Below, one piece after another: positions 1 to 8,962 of a stretch of 64,000 nucleotides of DNA. The translations under genes were made by a program, and so were the position numbers. Within the stretch, counting starts at the first letter, position 1, and each line of letters opens with the position of its first letter. The stretch spans positions 1 through 64,000 of the IMG/VR virus record IMGVR_UViG_3300027714_000008. One strand, 5' to 3'. The DNA is from a virus. The notes under the pieces were generated by a model. That model worked only from the letters and a program-made list of their open reading frames with translations. It was not told the origin of the DNA and ran no database searches.

Positions 1-89
1 TGGTATGCAAAATACAATTGGATCAATTGTTCAATTTGGGCATTCCACAATTCAAGGACACACGAGTTAGATGGAAGCTACAGGAAAAA

Positions 90-248
90 ATGAAACATTT
101 AAAAGAAATTGAAATGTCATACATGAGTCATTTGGCTCATGCGTTTTTAATTGCAGGAGTTCTTATAGTACATGGATTACTTCCGTGGATATGGGAAACT
201 AAAGCATCTGATATGTTATGTAAAGATAGAAACCCTTCTGGTGAATAA
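90..248 (+). CDS. small hydrophobic protein (DUF6356-like)
   Basis: ATG at 90 after AGGA; MKHLKEIEMSYMSHL...IVHGLLPW resembles the 'HL...Y.EH...A...IH...P' family. Confidence 0.45.
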   Translation: MKHLKEIEMSYMSHLAHAFLIAGVLIVHGLLPWIWETKASDMLCKDRNPSGE

Positions 249-270
249 AAAAATATAGTGAAGTGATAGA

Positions 271-299
271 ACTAGGAGAATTTTAAATCCCCTAGTTTT
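271..299. terminator. hairpin between convergent genes
   Basis: AACTAGG...CCTAGTT followed by T-run. Confidence 0.5.
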
Positions 300-302
300 A
301 CT

Positions 303-629
303 TTATGTCTTAGGTTTAGAGTACACTGTACTTACATAGAATGCAGTAACAATACCAGCAACCGATACAAAATATGTAGGAGCCATGCTTCCTAATATCT
401 TTGCCGCTTCAGGCACACCCATTAATATAGCAACGACTACTGCAAATGGATATAATAACATTCCACCTAAAGCAAACCATGCCATATTTCGCATTGCATC
501 TTGCTTTTTATCTGCATTTTCAATGCTAATCATTCGTTCGTGTCGATTTAATTCCGCATCTGTTATGATGCCGTCTCCGTCTAAATCAGCATCATTAAGT
601 ATGCTGTCAGTTTCTAGTTTTTTAGCCAT
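303..629 (-). CDS. membrane protein with EF-hand-like loop and 2 TM helices (holin-like topology)
   Basis: DLDGDGIITDAE 12-residue loop, two hydrophobic segments, AGGAG RBS. Confidence 0.55.
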   Translation of the reverse strand: MAKKLETDSILNDADLDGDGIITDAELNRHERMISIENADKKQDAMRNMAWFALGGMLLYPFAVVVAILMGVPEAAKILGSMAPTYFVSVAGIVTAFYVSTVYSKPKT

Positions 630-651
630 TAAAATCTCCTTTAAGTGAGGT

Positions 652-677
652 TATTTATATAAATAAAGTTATAAATA
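652..677. promoter_or_regulatory. divergent T4-type late promoters (TATAAATA)
   Basis: TATAAATA on - at 652-659 and on + at 658-665 and 670-677; gp55 is present in the window. Confidence 0.8.
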
Positions 678-707
678 GTGTATCAAAGCGAAGGAGGAGT
701 ATACTAT

Positions 708-986
708 ATGGATTTTTTATCATTAGTTGGTGACGTTGGATTTCCTATCGCTGGAGCGTTGGCGGCTGGAGGTTTTGTGTTTCTTACACTTAAATTTATC
801 CTAGCTGGTGTGACCGATTCTGTAACTACGTTAAAGAATATTATTGGATCACTAGACAATCGTGTACAAACAATGAATAACGATTTGGTAAAAATTGATG
901 CACTGTTAAGTTATGCGTTAAACGTTAAACCTAACATAGATAGAATTGCCGCTAATGAAGGTAAAGACGATGCAAGGCGTGATTAA
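708..986 (+). CDS. single-TM coiled-coil membrane protein (paralog 1)
   Basis: AAGGAGG RBS; VGFPI motif, TM helix, amphipathic tail. Confidence 0.7.
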   Translation: MDFLSLVGDVGFPIAGALAAGGFVFLTLKFILAGVTDSVTTLKNIIGSLDNRVQTMNNDLVKIDALLSYALNVKPNIDRIAANEGKDDARRD

Positions 987-1312
987 TGGAAGTTGATTTA
1001 GCACAAGCGATAGGTGAATACGGATTTCCTATTATTGCCGCAATGGGCATGGGATATTTTATTTATTTTATATGGAAGTGGGTAACAGAAACAATTGATC
1101 CTGTTGTAGGTGAGACTATGTTTACATTAATCAGATTAGTTGATCGTATTCGCATGTTAGATAATGATATGATTCGTTTGAATAGTAAATTATCAATGGT
1201 ATTAGAATATAGATCCAAGATGGACGGCGAACAACAAAAAGAACTTGATGATATGGTTAACAAGTATCAATCACGTAGTGAAGCATTTAACAGTACAGGA
1301 GATGGTAAATGA
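986..1312 (+). CDS. single-TM coiled-coil membrane protein (paralog 2)
   Basis: YGFPI motif; LVDRIRMLDNDMIRL matches LDNRVQTMNNDLVKI of the upstream ORF. Confidence 0.7.
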   Translation: MEVDLAQAIGEYGFPIIAAMGMGYFIYFIWKWVTETIDPVVGETMFTLIRLVDRIRMLDNDMIRLNSKLSMVLEYRSKMDGEQQKELDDMVNKYQSRSEAFNSTGDGK

Positions 1313-1770
1313 AAATACTAATAGCTTTAAGCACAATTTGTTTACTGACTTCTACCGAAGTTAATGCAGAACTTGTCCATAAGTTTAGTAGTCCATCTTT
1401 TAATGGTAATGGATACAGTAGTCACGTATTAAGTACAGAACAACTTATACACAATCGTAAAGAGGATGTTAAAGATAAAGCCGAGGCCGAGGCCAGACGT
1501 ATAGAAAGAGAATTAGGCAACACAACATTAAACAAATTTATTACAAACCTAGAGTCAAGAATATATGCGACGTTAAGTAAACAAATGGTAGACAGTATGT
1601 TTGCGGCATGTACAGGTGACGATTGTGCAACATCAGGAACTACTGAACTTGAAGGTAGTACAATCACTTGGGTAAAAGATAGTACCACTGGTTCAATAAC
1701 ATTGACTATATCAAACGTCGATGGAACTACTGAGATTACTATTCCCGGTGCTGGAGAATTTACGTTCTAA
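1309..1770 (+). CDS. csgF: curli assembly protein CsgF-like
   Basis: signal peptide, then ELVHKFSSPSFNGNG matching the CsgF N-terminus; lies directly before csgG. Confidence 0.8.
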   Translation: MKILIALSTICLLTSTEVNAELVHKFSSPSFNGNGYSSHVLSTEQLIHNRKEDVKDKAEAEARRIERELGNTTLNKFITNLESRIYATLSKQMVDSMFAACTGDDCATSGTTELEGSTITWVKDSTTGSITLTISNVDGTTEITIPGAGEFTF

Positions 1771-2564
1771 TGAGAATTGGTCTATTAATAATGTTGCTTT
1801 TCATGGGAGCGTGTGCAGACATAGAAGCTCCTATTAATGCTGTTCCTAAAGTGCAAGGTTCACCATTAGGAAATTCATTGCAAGATATGCCAGAGCTTGA
1901 TGGTGCTAAAATGACTATAGCAGTTTATCAATTTGCTGACAAGACAGGTCAAAGAAAGCCTGCTGACAATTCAAGTTTGTCAAGTGCAGTCACACAAGGT
2001 GGCGAAGTGTGGGTTATTAAGGCGTTACAAGATGTCGGTAACTCTACATGGTTTGAAGTAGTTGAAAGGGTCGGTCTTGATAATTTGATCAAGGAAAGAC
2101 AGTTAGTGCGTAATACAAGAGATGTTTATGAAAAGAACCTAAAGACAGGACCTACACCATTAAAGCCTATGGTGTTTGCAGGTTTAATATTAGAAGGCGG
2201 TATTGTCGGATATGATAGCAATGTTTCTACAGGTGGAACTGGTGCTAGGTATTTGGGTATCGGAATACAGACACAATACAGAGTAGATACAGTCACAATA
2301 GTTATGAGATTAGTAAGTGTTAGCACAGGTAAAGTATTACTAAGTGTAGCCACAGAAAAAACAATAGCTAGTCATAGTAATGGCGCAGATGTATTTAAGT
2401 TTTTTGATATGGGAACAAAATTAGTTGAGGCCGAATCTGGTTATAGCGTGAATGAACCAGTAAATTATGCAGTTAGAGCAGCGATTGAAGCTGGCGTTAT
2501 TGAATTGATAAACGAAGGAGCTAAGAAAGAATTCTGGAAATTCAAGGAACAAAGCAATGAATAG
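1770..2564 (+). CDS. csgG: curli secretion pore lipoprotein CsgG
   Basis: lipobox FMGAC; IAVYQFADKTGQRKP, SSAVTQG, WFEVVERVGLDNLIKERQ, EGGIVGYDSN, GARYLGIG. Confidence 0.93.
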   Translation: MRIGLLIMLLFMGACADIEAPINAVPKVQGSPLGNSLQDMPELDGAKMTIAVYQFADKTGQRKPADNSSLSSAVTQGGEVWVIKALQDVGNSTWFEVVERVGLDNLIKERQLVRNTRDVYEKNLKTGPTPLKPMVFAGLILEGGIVGYDSNVSTGGTGARYLGIGIQTQYRVDTVTIVMRLVSVSTGKVLLSVATEKTIASHSNGADVFKFFDMGTKLVEAESGYSVNEPVNYAVRAAIEAGVIELINEGAKKEFWKFKEQSNE

Positions 2565-3279
2565 ACGTTTTAAAAAATATTTTTATATAACCACTATGTT
2601 AGGTCTATTGACTAGCCCTAGCTTTAGTAACGACATTTATATCTCACAAGTAGGTGATACACTAGACTTGGATATTGTGCAAGACGGACAAAACAACGTC
2701 ATTGGTACCTCTGGTCAAGCTGTTGTACTTGGTAAGACGAGTAATGCTTCAGACAATATGACATTCAGTATTACACAAACAGGTAACACAAACACTATTG
2801 CCGCACAAATATTAGGTGCGACTTATACAGGTACTTGGACATTCACTGGTGATAACAGTGATGTCATATTACTTTGTAGTAGTGCTGCAATAGGTAACTG
2901 TGATAGTGTAACACTCAATATTGCGGCTGTAGGTGATAACCAAGACTACACAATCAAGATAGGCGAGAACGCATCTGGTGATGGTGCAACAGTAAACTTC
3001 ACAGTAACAGACGATGATAACATTATATCAACTGATATTGATGGAACAAGTGCAGTGGTTACTGTTACTATTAATGGTGCATCTAGTCTTGAAACAACTG
3101 ACAGCACATTAGATATTGATATTGCTGGTAACGGAGATAGTATAGGACACACTATTGTATTCAATGCTACAGGTCGAGGTCACGCAGTAGTTCTTAATCA
3201 AAGTGGTGTATACGATAACATGATTAATCTTACCACGAATGGTGATAATCAAGCTATCAATATCACTCAATCAGACTGA
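2557..3279 (+). CDS. secreted curlin-like beta-repeat protein
   Basis: signal peptide; NDIYISQVGD, IVQDGQNN, ITQTGNTN type I-x-Q-x-G-x-x-N repeats. Confidence 0.7.
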   Translation: MNRRFKKYFYITTMLGLLTSPSFSNDIYISQVGDTLDLDIVQDGQNNVIGTSGQAVVLGKTSNASDNMTFSITQTGNTNTIAAQILGATYTGTWTFTGDNSDVILLCSSAAIGNCDSVTLNIAAVGDNQDYTIKIGENASGDGATVNFTVTDDDNIISTDIDGTSAVVTVTINGASSLETTDSTLDIDIAGNGDSIGHTIVFNATGRGHAVVLNQSGVYDNMINLTTNGDNQAINITQSD

Positions 3280-4397
3280 TGTTGAGACTTTTATCATTAC
3301 TCATAGTAATGGCAACGCCAGTGTATGCAAACATTGGTGAGATAACTTCTGTTAATGGCAGTGGTGCTATTGAAAGAGGCGAAGATGCTATTGAAGCAGA
3401 GAAGGGCACAGGTATTGATATGCTTGATACTGCTGTTACTGCAAATGCCAATATGCGGATTAACTTTATAGACGATACAGTAGTTGACATAACACAACAT
3501 TCAAGACTTCTTATAGACGATTTTGTGTATGATCCTGCAAGTGGTAAAGGGTCTTTGGGTCTAAAGGCGACATTAGGCACTGTTCGTTATGCCAGTGGTC
3601 AGATAGCAAAGCGTAATAGACAGAACGTAAGAATTAGAACACCTTCTGCAACTATCGGTGTTCGTGGTACTGACTTTGTTATGGTCATAGATGAAATTGG
3701 TGGATCTATGATCACACTATTACCTAGCTGTGATACTGCTGGAATGTGTTATGTCGGAGAAATAACTGTCGAAACTGATGCTGGTTTTGTTTTATTAAAC
3801 CAAGCCTTTCAAGCCACAATAGCTTCCAATAGCATGAGTCCCCCAACAAAACCTTTATTATTAGACCTTGACGAATCCATGATAAATTCTTTATTGTTGT
3901 TGCGTAAAGTCAAACCATATGAAGAAGAAGTGGCAAAAATATTAAAGAAGAAAATTAAAGATGCAGACTTCTTAGGACTAGACTTCCTTCAATTCGATGG
4001 ACTAGACTATGATGCATTGACTGAGGAACTAGAAGGTATTTGGTTGACGGCATTAGATAACACTGACAGTCTATTACAAGACATGCTTATAGACATGCTA
4101 GATCAGCTTAATTCAGCTTTGATGCAATTGTTTTTAGATGAGCTTGCCACACAGAACTCGTCTATGTTGAGAAGAGAACAAAATGTGTACGGATTTGATC
4201 CTACGACTGGTATTACTTTAATGAACCAAAGCCCTAACTGGGTGTTTTCAAGACGTGACGACAACGGAAATAACTTTGTAGAGTTAACTTTAAATCAAGG
4301 ATATGGATATACCATAGACCTAAAACAAGGAGGCTGGGAATTGTATGACTATAGGTTGGGCGACAACACTGGTAATTCTATTAACATTACCCAATAG
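3279..4397 (+). CDS. FecR-domain protein
   Basis: signal peptide; D.AVTAN, FIDDT.V.ITQHSRL.ID, IRTPSATIGVRGTDF. Confidence 0.85.
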   Translation: MLRLLSLLIVMATPVYANIGEITSVNGSGAIERGEDAIEAEKGTGIDMLDTAVTANANMRINFIDDTVVDITQHSRLLIDDFVYDPASGKGSLGLKATLGTVRYASGQIAKRNRQNVRIRTPSATIGVRGTDFVMVIDEIGGSMITLLPSCDTAGMCYVGEITVETDAGFVLLNQAFQATIASNSMSPPTKPLLLDLDESMINSLLLLRKVKPYEEEVAKILKKKIKDADFLGLDFLQFDGLDYDALTEELEGIWLTALDNTDSLLQDMLIDMLDQLNSALMQLFLDELATQNSSMLRREQNVYGFDPTTGITLMNQSPNWVFSRRDDNGNNFVELTLNQGYGYTIDLKQGGWELYDYRLGDNTGNSINITQ

Positions 4398-4764
4398 CCT
4401 TTGGGCTAACGAACTGATATTAAGCCAAGTCGGTAATGACTTTACGTTGAATGTCGATCAAGATGGTAATAATCACAGTATCACATTCGATGTTGATGGT
4501 AATAATAATACTGCAAATATCACACAAACAGGTGCAGACAAAACTATGATCTTAGATTTTGAAGGCAATCCACACAACTTTAATGGCACTCAAACTGGTA
4601 GTGGCAACCATTATGTCTATATAGATATTAATACACCCAATAATCGTGGCACTGCACAAATAAATTCTACTCAAACAGGAAGCACAAGTCAAAGCTACAC
4701 TATTACAGGTACTTGCTCTAGTTATAATGGGTGTGCTTTGAATGTGACTCAAACAGGTAATTGA
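4345..4764 (+). CDS. second curlin-like protein (CsgB/CsgA-like)
   Basis: signal peptide; SQVGN, DQDGNNH, TQTGAD, TQTGSGN repeats. Confidence 0.65.
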   Translation: MTIGWATTLVILLTLPNSLWANELILSQVGNDFTLNVDQDGNNHSITFDVDGNNNTANITQTGADKTMILDFEGNPHNFNGTQTGSGNHYVYIDINTPNNRGTAQINSTQTGSTSQSYTITGTCSSYNGCALNVTQTGN

Positions 4765-4765
4765 T

Positions 4766-6802
4766 ATGAAAAAACTATTAAGTCCTTGGTGGGCATTAAT
4801 CACTCTTATGGCATTAGTTTATATATTTGCTGTACCATCTAGCTTTGTTCAGAGTGTTAAACTAAACTACTTTGACACGCTTATAGTCAACCAAGAGCCT
4901 GTGCAAAACAATATATTCGTTGCAGAGATAGACGAAGCCACATTAGACAAGTACGGACAATATCCTTTCCCACGTAAAATATATGGCGATATAATAAGAG
5001 ACTTATATGATAGAGGTGCTGGACTTGTCGTATGGAATATTATGATGCCAGAAGAAGATCGCTTTGGTGGTGACGATTATATGGCAGATGTCATGCTAGA
5101 ACTGCCAGTCGTATTGCCTAGTAGACCTAGTAATAAAACAAAGAACGAGCCTATTAATCCAGGGGCGGCTATCATTAATGCTGATTACCTTGATGTGTTA
5201 TTACCTTATGGTGGCATTATTGCAAACGTTCCTGTTATAGAATATGCATCTGTTGGTGCTGGTATTGTATCTACAGAACCAGAAATTGATGGTGTAGTAA
5301 GGCGTATGTCCACAGTAGCAGTTGTTGATGGTACGTTATATCCAAGCCTTGCTTTAGAGACGTTACGTGTTCTTGCTGGAGATACAAACTTTCAGATTAA
5401 GTTACAACCCAATGGTGTAGAGAAAATGAGAATACCAAAATTTGGTATTATTCCTACTGATAATGAGGGTCGTGTATGGATTGATTGGAGTCAAAAAAGC
5501 CAGAATGTATCCATAGCAGATCTTCCTGATAATTTTAATGGTGCTATTGTTATTGTAGATGTGACTGCATCGGGTATATCTAATCCAATACCAACGGCTT
5601 CAGGCAGTGTATTTGCTGGTGAAACACAAGCGGCGGTATTGGGAACGATGATAGCGGGCACAAACATCAATAGACCAGACTGGGCTACGTCAGTGGAGCT
5701 AATTTGCCTTCTAGTGGGGTCTTTACTGCTTATTATTCTAAGTCGTTGGATGATAATAGGTTTAATAACAACGTTTATTCTTATTGGGTCTATTGTGCCA
5801 TACTCTATGTACGCCTATGCGACAGACAAGATATTAATAGATGTAAGCGCACCTGTTATAACATTTGTTATAATAGCTTTGCAAGTTTATGGTATTAAGT
5901 TTGTTCGTGAGTTCCTAGAGAAACAAGCGATTAAAAAACAGTTTGCTGGCTACGCTTCTAAAGAAGTTGTGGAGATACTACAAAAAAACCCATCTCTTAT
6001 TAAAGATGGTACTAAGAAAGAAGTTTCTATATGCTTCTCAGATCTACGTGGATTTACACCTTTAGGAGAATCATTTGGTGATAACGTAAAAGGACTAACA
6101 TTGATTATGAATAGTTACATGGATGCTATTACAAAACCTGTGCTTGAAGCCAATGGTATGATTATTAAATATATTGGTGACGCTTCAATGCATATTCATA
6201 ATGCGCCTATGGAAGATCCTAATCACCCTAAAACTGCCGTACAAACAGGACTAAACATGTTAAAAGCAGTGGAGAAGTTTAATGAGTATATTATATCCGA
6301 AGGGAGACCGCCTGTGGGTATGGGTGCTGGTATCAATACTGGTCTCGGTTACATTGGAGAAATGGGATCGACAGCCAGACACTCCTACGACATTCTTGGA
6401 GATGCTGTTAGCACCGCCGCAAGACTTGAATCCGCATGTAAAGGTTATGGAGTTGTATTGATTGTAGGACCTGCAACATACAAAGTCACCAAGGACGATT
6501 TCTTTTATTTAAAACTAGATGATTTAGCAGTGAAGGGTAAGACTGTAGGACTAGAAATATATACAGTCTTTGATGACATTAAAACACATTACAAGAAAAG
6601 TAAAAAGATGCACAACATAATGCATGAGCATTATCGTGCACAAGAATTTGACGATGCACTCAGTATGTGCCACACTTTACAAAAGCATTTTGACGAAAGA
6701 ATGGATGGCTATTATGAAATGTGGATTGAACGATGTGAGTTTATGAAAACACAGAAACTACCAAAAGACTGGGATGGAATTTTCGTCGCCACTACTAAAT
6801 AA
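4766..6802 (+). CDS. CHASE2-domain class III adenylate/guanylate cyclase
   Basis: IDEATLDKYGQYPFPR, DGVVRR and YPSLALE (CHASE2); 3 TM helices; FSDLRGFT, KYIGDA, GINTG, ARLES. Confidence 0.92.
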   Translation: MKKLLSPWWALITLMALVYIFAVPSSFVQSVKLNYFDTLIVNQEPVQNNIFVAEIDEATLDKYGQYPFPRKIYGDIIRDLYDRGAGLVVWNIMMPEEDRFGGDDYMADVMLELPVVLPSRPSNKTKNEPINPGAAIINADYLDVLLPYGGIIANVPVIEYASVGAGIVSTEPEIDGVVRRMSTVAVVDGTLYPSLALETLRVLAGDTNFQIKLQPNGVEKMRIPKFGIIPTDNEGRVWIDWSQKSQNVSIADLPDNFNGAIVIVDVTASGISNPIPTASGSVFAGETQAAVLGTMIAGTNINRPDWATSVELICLLVGSLLLIILSRWMIIGLITTFILIGSIVPYSMYAYATDKILIDVSAPVITFVIIALQVYGIKFVREFLEKQAIKKQFAGYASKEVVEILQKNPSLIKDGTKKEVSICFSDLRGFTPLGESFGDNVKGLTLIMNSYMDAITKPVLEANGMIIKYIGDASMHIHNAPMEDPNHPKTAVQTGLNMLKAVEKFNEYIISEGRPPVGMGAGINTGLGYIGEMGSTARHSYDILGDAVSTAARLESACKGYGVVLIVGPATYKVTKDDFFYLKLDDLAVKGKTVGLEIYTVFDDIKTHYKKSKKMHNIMHEHYRAQEFDDALSMCHTLQKHFDERMDGYYEMWIERCEFMKTQKLPKDWDGIFVATTK

Positions 6803-6810
6803 GGAAAGAA

Positions 6811-7533
6811 ATGGAAAATATTAAACGAAGCCACGAAATGGCTATAATTGCTAAAGTTGCATACGAAGATAAGGCTAAAGCAAAAGCAGTATTCGAGGCA
6901 ATGGGATATAGCAAACATGAGTTCATTGAACATAATGGAGCGCAGTGCCACGTCGTATGGAACGATGAAGAAGTAATCATTGGATTTCGTGGAACTGAGC
7001 CTGATGAATTTTCAGATATTAAAGCAGACCTTAACGCTATACCAAAAAAATGGGAAGCTGGTGGTTTGGTTCACAAAGGATTTTGCAATGAGCTAGACAA
7101 GGTTTGGACACAACTATCTTTGGTATTAAAAAAAGAACTGAAAGATCGTAAACTCTTTATCACAGGTCACTCATTGGGTGCGGCTATGGCAACCTTGGCG
7201 GCAAGTAAACTAGAGAAATCCTGTACTTGCCTATACACATACGGAAGTCCTAAAGCTGGGAGTAGAAGTTTTGTTAAGTCTATCGACGTACTACATTACC
7301 GCTTTGTTAATAATAACGACGTTGTGGCAAAAGTACCATTTTCGTTTCTTGGATACAGACACCACGGAGAACTACGTTACATAAACTACTATGGTAACAT
7401 AAGAAAGATGACTAAATGGCAAAGAGTCAAAGACCAATTCAGAGGTCGGTGGCGTGCTATAAAGAAATGGCAAATGTTCGATGGTGCTTATGACCATGGG
7501 ATGGATAATTATAAAAAATATTTAGGAAAATAA
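6811..7533 (+). CDS. lipase class 3
   Basis: FRGTE, VHKGF, ITGHSLGAA, YTYGSP, NNNDVV. Confidence 0.9.
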   Translation: MENIKRSHEMAIIAKVAYEDKAKAKAVFEAMGYSKHEFIEHNGAQCHVVWNDEEVIIGFRGTEPDEFSDIKADLNAIPKKWEAGGLVHKGFCNELDKVWTQLSLVLKKELKDRKLFITGHSLGAAMATLAASKLEKSCTCLYTYGSPKAGSRSFVKSIDVLHYRFVNNNDVVAKVPFSFLGYRHHGELRYINYYGNIRKMTKWQRVKDQFRGRWRAIKKWQMFDGAYDHGMDNYKKYLGK

Positions 7534-7536
7534 AAA

Positions 7537-7998
7537 ATGTATGAATATAGATCTACCATTAATAAAATAATAGACGGAGATACAGTCGATGTTGACATTG
7601 ATTTGGGATTTGGTGTTGTACTTTCGAATGAGCGTGTTCGTATTATGGGTATTGATACACCTGAAAGTCGAACTAGTGATAAAGTCGAAAAAGTATTTGG
7701 TCTTGCCGCAAAATACAGATTGAAAGAGCTATTGGGTGCTAAACCAATTCTTAAGACTGTGATGACTAAAAAGGGAGAAGATATGAAGGGTAAGTTTGGT
7801 CGTATCCTAGGAGACTTCCTCACAGATGATGGTGTGCGAATTACACAAATAATGATTGACGAAGGCCATGCCGTACCATATACAGGTCAGAATAAAGATG
7901 ATGTACTAGAACTACACATGATTAATAGAAAAAGACTAATAAGCGAAGGGGTAGTTGACGAGCAAGCAGTTCTTTACGCTGCATCATTTAATAAATGA
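7537..7998 (+). CDS. staphylococcal nuclease-like (SNase) protein
   Basis: IDGDTVDVDIDLGF, RVRIMGIDTPE, GKFGRILG. Confidence 0.88.
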   Translation: MYEYRSTINKIIDGDTVDVDIDLGFGVVLSNERVRIMGIDTPESRTSDKVEKVFGLAAKYRLKELLGAKPILKTVMTKKGEDMKGKFGRILGDFLTDDGVRITQIMIDEGHAVPYTGQNKDDVLELHMINRKRLISEGVVDEQAVLYAASFNK

Positions 7999-8258
7999 TG
8001 GGGTTATTTGATAGCACTCTATGGATATACACTAGTATTATTGGTGCGTGTCTTGGTGCGGCGTTCTTGGCATACTTTAAGGACACACGTGCTGGTCTTT
8101 GGTCGTACAGACAATTAGATAAGGTGTTAAATTATCTTGTTGTGAAGTGGGGTTGGAATTGGTTACAACAACCAGACGATGTTTGGAGAAAGAAGTATCC
8201 GCATGTAACTAAAAAAATTGATGAATTAGAAAAACGTATAAAGGAATTAGAAAAATGA
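7995..8258 (+). CDS. small membrane protein with C-terminal coiled coil
   Basis: N-terminal TM helix; KIDELEKRIKELEK. Confidence 0.6.
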   Translation: MMGLFDSTLWIYTSIIGACLGAAFLAYFKDTRAGLWSYRQLDKVLNYLVVKWGWNWLQQPDDVWRKKYPHVTKKIDELEKRIKELEK

Positions 8259-8416
8259 AAGATTGGATCAAGGCTAGGAAAAATGAACGAACTACTTTAG
8301 ACGGCACTGTTATGATAGGTGCAGGTATTGCATTTCTCATACTAGGACCTCTTGCAGTGATAGCCGCATATGCAGTTATTGTATATGGAGTAGTAGTCGT
8401 AATCAAAAAAGATTAA
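8255..8416 (+). CDS. 53-aa two-TM membrane protein (not in ORF track)
   Basis: MKDWIKARKNERTTLDGTVMIGAGIAFLILGPLAVIAAYAVIVYGVVVVIKKD; ATGA overlap with the upstream stop. Confidence 0.65.
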   Translation: MKDWIKARKNERTTLDGTVMIGAGIAFLILGPLAVIAAYAVIVYGVVVVIKKD

Positions 8417-8435
8417 AACGAATACAAAATTATTG

Positions 8436-8474
8436 AAAAAGGGGGTTGACAGCTCCCTTTTTTTATTGTAGAAG
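8436..8474 (+). terminator. terminator hairpin enclosing the -35 box of an early promoter
   Basis: AAAAAGGGGG-TTGACAGCT-CCCTTTTTTT; TTGACA 8446-8451, N17, TAGAAG. Confidence 0.65.
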
Positions 8475-8509
8475 TATGTATAAGTTAGTTAATAAAAGGG
8501 TATTATAAA

Positions 8510-8686
8510 ATGGCTACGTTTGAAAAAGTAACTAAAAAAGAATTGTTTATGTGGCAGGCTCCTGCATTTAACTTTGAATTGAGTGCAGACCAATTGCTTG
8601 AGAAAGCGTTAAAAGCAGGCTTTGTTACAAAAACTGGTGATGATGAGTACCTAGTAAATGATAACTTTTATGAGTATTCCGAGTAG
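8510..8686 (+). CDS. small early hypothetical protein (58 aa, not in ORF track)
   Basis: MATFEKVTKKELFMWQAPAFNFEL..., downstream of the promoter. Confidence 0.65.
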   Translation: MATFEKVTKKELFMWQAPAFNFELSADQLLEKALKAGFVTKTGDDEYLVNDNFYEYSE

Positions 8687-8726
8687 TCAAAATAGTGAGT
8701 GATGGATTTAAAATGGGAGAGTTTAA

Positions 8727-8900
8727 ATGAATAGTTATGAAGTAGTTTTTGATGGTGAGTATGGAGTTGTATTCGACACTATTGAAGCCAAAGATAGCAA
8801 AGACTTGTTGTCTAAGCTGTGTGCTGAGTATCCAGAAGACATTGGTGCAGATGGTTGTTATTATGACACCAACGGAGATGAATTTCCTATTGACTGGTAA
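8727..8900 (+). CDS. small acidic hypothetical protein (57 aa, not in ORF track)
   Basis: GGAGAG RBS; MNSYEVVFDGEYG...FPIDW. Confidence 0.6.
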   Translation: MNSYEVVFDGEYGVVFDTIEAKDSKDLLSKLCAEYPEDIGADGCYYDTNGDEFPIDW

Positions 8901-8933
8901 AAAAAATAAATTAGAAAGGTTAATATTTAGGGG

Positions 8934-8962
8934 TTGACAACATTAAAATGATTATCTATAAA
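8934..8962 (+). promoter_or_regulatory. sigma70-type early promoter
   Basis: TTGACA-N17-TATAAA. Confidence 0.75.
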
